Source: the human T2T-CHM13v2.0 reference genome, Homo sapiens | Reading direction: 5' to 3' (one strand) | Assembly: GCF_009914755.1 (NCBI RefSeq) | Contig: NC_060928.1 | Length of the DNA: 64,000 nt | Shown here: in pieces, positions 57,274 through 64,000 of the stretch | How positions within the stretch are numbered: position 1 is the stretch's first letter | Layout of the letters: every line of letters begins with the position of its first letter | Notes under the pieces: generated by a model | The model's input: the letters and a program-made list of their open reading frames with translations, nothing else | Told to the model about the DNA's origin: nothing | The model's database searches: none | Made by a program: the position numbers and the translations under genes

Positions 57274-58486
57274 TTTGTAGAGGGTTCCACCAAGGATTCA
57301 TCAGTTTGTAATTTGTAGAGATTAGAGAGAAACTAGGTAAAGATTTTTGAGAAACTTCAGTGAAAAACATAAAGGTTACCAAAGCTTTACCCAGTGGTTT
57401 GGGAACTCTGCAGATACTATTGTAAAGTTAAAATATCAAGCTCAAATAAATACTATGGTAGGAGCATCTCCCTGGATTTTTGAAACTCGAAATAAGGCAA
57501 TGTGGCATAGTTGTAAAATGCTGAGGAATATGGCTGTGAGCCAAGTTGCTGTATAGTAATCAAAGATGCAGTGATGTATATTGAGCAAAGGTGTCATATA
57601 GACTGTGATATACAGAGACATAAGTCACATATGGCAGATGATACTTCAAAGAACATACAAACATGAATACACCCATAGCTCTGTGAGGTAAAGTAATAGA
57701 TAGCAGAAAAAGCTTTGGATGATAGAAAGTTTTAGTGAACTCCTCATTTCACCATGTCCAGCTAAGATGTTTAGGTAAGGAATATGGTCTCTCAGTGACA
57801 TAAATGTTTTATCAGTAAAGTCAAGAAAGTATCTCATCTAGCATTTAAAATTAAGTGGAGTCAACAAAACAGTAAATGGCTGTTCCTTCCTCTGCTCTCA
57901 CGTGTCACCATCCTGCTTATTATTGAGTGAAAATTTTGGGGATGAGTGTGAATGGAGATGAGAAATTTTCAGGGCAGATAATGTAGACAGAGCTCTTAAA
58001 GGTACAGAGGAACAGTAAATATAAGAACAGAGAAATGGTAAAGAGTTTCAAATGTTTAGAATAAACAAGCTAATGAATAGACAGCCCTTTTATATAAATG
58101 GCTTATAAAAATAACTTAAACCTTTCATCCTCTGATATTTTGACTAATATGAATGGCTTCTTCCTGGCATTTCTGCCTGCAGAAATGCTACCCTAGAGAG
58201 ACTTTGGAAGCCAATGAAAAGCAGGAGACACAGATAACATAATGGTAGCCACTAATACACAGAAAAGATAAAGAAAATAAGATATTTAGATATGGCAAGG
58301 AGTCCTGGGAAGCAGCAAAGTCGGTTATATTATTGGAAATGTAGTAAATAGTATTAGGTGAGATTGGAAGGGTGTTTGAAATCAACTAGAAAATGGTATG
58401 CTAAGCAAAGTCAACTACTTGTATTAAGTGGAACATAAACATATGAGCAGAAAGTTAATATCTTTTCATTGTCCAAAAAAAAAAAA

Positions 58487-58534
58487 AATGAGCTGGATCA
58501 TCCTTCTCTGAATGAGCTGGATCATCCTTCTCTG
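58487..58534. repeat. Perfect 24-bp tandem duplication
   Basis: AATGAGCTGGATCATCCTTCTCTG x2. Confidence 0.97.
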
Positions 58535-58713
58535 TAGTCTGCATAATTGTTCTTGGAGCTTAGACTCTACAAGACAAGTTGGATACCCTCTTAAAACAAT
58601 TGCCTTACAGGATGGATGTAGTATTTGAACTATTTGAATGTAGGAATATGATGGCCACAGTCAGTTATAACAACACCTGAAGGTTTAAGTTATATTTAAG
58701 CTATTTTTATTTA

Positions 58714-59048
58714 TCTATTTATTTTTTATTTTATTTTATTTTATTTTATTTTATTTTATTTTATTTTATTTTATTGTGAAACGGAGTCTCACTCTGTCAT
58801 CCAGGCGCGAGTGCAATGGCACGATCTCGGCTCACTGCAAACTCCACCTCCTGGGTTCAAGTGATTCTCCTTACTCAGCCTCCTGAGTAGCTGGGATAAC
58901 AGGTGTGCACCACCATGCCCCGCTAATTTTTGTAGAGACAGGGTTTCACCACGTTGGTCAGGCTGTTCTCAAACTCCTGACCTCATGATCCACCCACCTT
59001 GGCCTCCCAAATTGCTGGGATTACAGGTGTGAGCCACCACACCTGGCC
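58714..59048 (-). mobile_element. AluS with (TTTTA)n tail
   Basis: Perfect 17-bp TSD TAAGCTATTTTTATTTA at 58697-58713 and 59049-59065. Confidence 0.96.
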
Positions 59049-60553
59049 TAAGCTATTTTTATTTAAAACAAACAAACAAAAAACAGGAATAAGTCTATTA
59101 ATTATTTATTCTAAACATTCCAAATTCTTTACCATTTCTGTGCATTTATATTTACTGTTCCCCTGTGCCTTTAAGAGCTCTGTCTACCATTCTCTGCCCG
59201 GAAAATTACTTATCTCCATGCACACTCATCCCCGAAGCCCTCACTCATTCACCCAGAAAGTGGAGCTGTCCCCTGCATTGAAATTCCAAATCACTTGGTA
59301 GGTACGTTTTGTTTAACCCCTCTTTCCTAGCTGACAGCTCTGTGGCTGGGACAGTGGACGAATCTAAACCTCAGTTCTAGCACCATATTGTAATTATTAT
59401 TTTAGAAATCTCTTTTCCACCTCCAATCACCCTGAGGGTTCTTTTATGGGGGAACTTTATCCTCCTCCGAGTCTTTATCTTTCTGTATTCCCAAGTACAC
59501 CACAATGCTAGCCAGGTGTGTTCAGTGAATGCATACTGATGGAAATCACCTGCCTATTCTTGCCTATTTCACTTGTCTTCTGCTAAGGCAAGGCTTCAGA
59601 GAGCCTAAATGCTGTGGAAACAGGTTTATATAAATACCTCTATAAGAAATGTGCTCTGCCAGAGCTCATAACTGGTTACAGAGTGAATTTTTCAAACTGA
59701 AACTTCTTCAAATAATTGCTCTGGAAATCTGTGTTGTCAGGCCATGCTTTAAAGAAAAAAAAAAAGCTTTTCCTCTACCAGATTACATTAACCACCTACA
59801 TACTGTGGGAAATATCAGTTCAGAAGAGCCTGGTTAGCCCACAATTTTCCTTGCTATATCACACTTCACATCTTAAATCGTCAGCTTCACCAACATGATG
59901 CTCGGGATCGATAAGGTCAGGTAAGAGCTTGTTCTTTTTTAATGTTATTTTAATCTGGTACAGGCTAAAGCATTTTTGCCACCATCATGAAGCAAAAGAA
60001 ACCTGTCTGCTGTGATGTTTTATGTATTTAGACAAATGCAGATTCAGATATATTCACTGATTCATTAAGTAACAAATGAATTACTGTAAATTAAATTATT
60101 TAATGAGCAGGTACTATGTACCAGACAAATTGTTAAGCAGGGAAGGTGCAGTAACAAAAGGACCCTTGTGTTATCTACCTTCACACACATAGAGTGTATA
60201 ATACATTTTTAAATAAGGATGTAATGAAAATCAGAAGCCAATATAATCCTTTCATTCCGACCATATTCCCTAAGTTTCCATGCACAATGATATTCACTGG
60301 TTTCAACAGCCTCCTGAATAGTGACAACGAAAATGAAATTAAAACATGGCTTTCACTGATGGCAAAATTTAACATGCTGAAATTTATTTCAGATTGAATC
60401 AGAATTATTAAATAATTAGAAAATTTTTTCCTTACCAGGAAATGAAAAATAGGGATAATTAGAACTACCACCTGGGCTGGAATCCCAAGATGGGTGACAC
60501 AGTGGGCAAATTGCCCAGGAGTTACATGAGAATATGTTCCATTTTATATTTTA

Positions 60554-60830
60554 TTTATTTTTCAACATAAAAGTTGACACAAAGGACAAAAGAAGTTTAA
60601 AGCATCTGTAAATTTGGACTATTTTCTTTCTACCGTCACTTTTTTATGGTTGTTATTTTTGTCATGGACAGTATCATCTCCAAAGTTGGAGCTTCCAATG
60701 CCATGAACCATGCTTACAAAGAAAGCACTTCTTATTGAAGTGAATTCCTGCATTTGATAGCAATATAAGTGCCTATAACCATGTTCTGTAATTTTTATTC
60801 TCAGTAACTTTTAAAAGAAAATTTATTTAT
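60554..60830 (+). pseudogene. Fragment resembling the BMPR1A mRNA 3'UTR (retrocopy or captured fragment)
   Basis: aaaagaagtttaaagcatctgtaaatttggact...ctccaaagttggagcttc...gccatgaaccatgcttacaaagaaagcacttcttattgaagtgaattcctgcatttgatagcaat...ctcagtaacttttaaaag matches my recollection of the human BMPR1A 3'UTR. Not verified by a search. Confidence 0.7.
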
Positions 60831-61015
60831 TTATTTATTTTTAAAAAGGCATTGCATCAGTGAGGACCTGAAAACACCAACAAATGGGTTTAGGCAAATG
60901 TGAGAAGTCAGCCACGTGGCTGTTCTCAGTGGGAGCAGTTATCTGATATTACTATATTTTCATTGTCTCCTAAGCCTATGAGAATTTCCTTTAAGTGTTT
61001 AGATTTTTTAATCTT

Positions 61016-63267
<2,252 letters not shown>

Positions 63268-64000
63268 TAGATTTTTTAATCTTAAGAGAAAGTTCTTGAT
63301 TAAAAAATGTAAGTAGACACTGAGGAGGTAAAAGGAAAAACTTCCCAAACCACTCTTCTATTTCCAGACTCAAAACTAGCACTAACTTAAATTGAAAGGC
63401 TGACTTCAGTGAGTTCACACCATCTCAGACGTAATTAGTGACAAGATATTTATTAAGTAAAAAAACAAAAGGAAACTTTAAGCCTCCAGGTTCTAACTAT
63501 GTCTCTGTTCTTCCAGAGCAAAATCTCTCTACCTGGAGTGGAACTATAGGTTCCACAGGGAATGCCTGCACAGAGTATGGAATATCTACCTGGATAATAG
63601 AACTTTGTGAAAATAATCAAACCATGAGTTCTTAAGACTAAAGCATCCTTGAGAGTAAGAAATAGAAACCCAACTTTAATTTCTGCTGCAGGGAAGAAAG
63701 CAAGCACCTAATGTCTTTTCAGCGAAGCCATAAAAATAATCTACACATAATCACATTGGGAGCAGATGTGAGAAGAATTAACAAATTGGTTACCAAATAC
63801 TTAAATACTTCCAGACCGCAAAGGTCAGCCAGTACTCTATTTCATTTTAATGCAAGCATATCAAACAGACTAACTGCCATAGTTCCTAGGATTCAAAACT
63901 ACTCTTCAACAACCAACACAAATCTAATTTTCCACCACCATTTCTTTCCTACTAGAGTAGGAAATATATAATGACATTTTCTAAAATTAAGAAAAAAACA

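Overview
Primate (most likely human) AT-rich non-coding DNA, intergenic or deep intronic. I find no supportable protein-coding gene, RNA gene, CpG island or prokaryotic-type system. The supplied ORFs are chance ORFs, Alu/LTR read-throughs or broken L1 ORF2 pieces. The window is rich in interspersed repeats: Alus, L1PA and L1M, MaLR/ERV LTRs, Tigger/hAT DNA elements, L2 and MIR. Repeat families were assigned by eye from remembered consensus sequences, so subfamily names are approximate; target-site duplications (TSDs) were read directly from the sequence. Main points of interest: (1) a ~218-bp inverted copy of a neighbouring LTR segment lodged inside a 1.2-kb TA-repeat expansion; (2) a ~275-bp fragment resembling the BMPR1A 3'UTR, without a poly(A) tail; (3) three 5'-inverted (twin-primed) L1PA insertions with clean TSDs, plus a possible fourth whose halves lie ~780 bp apart; (4) a 102-bp x ~3.1 tandem repeat; (5) multi-level transposon nesting. 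These are mutational and retrotransposition footprints rather than evidence of a new gene system.
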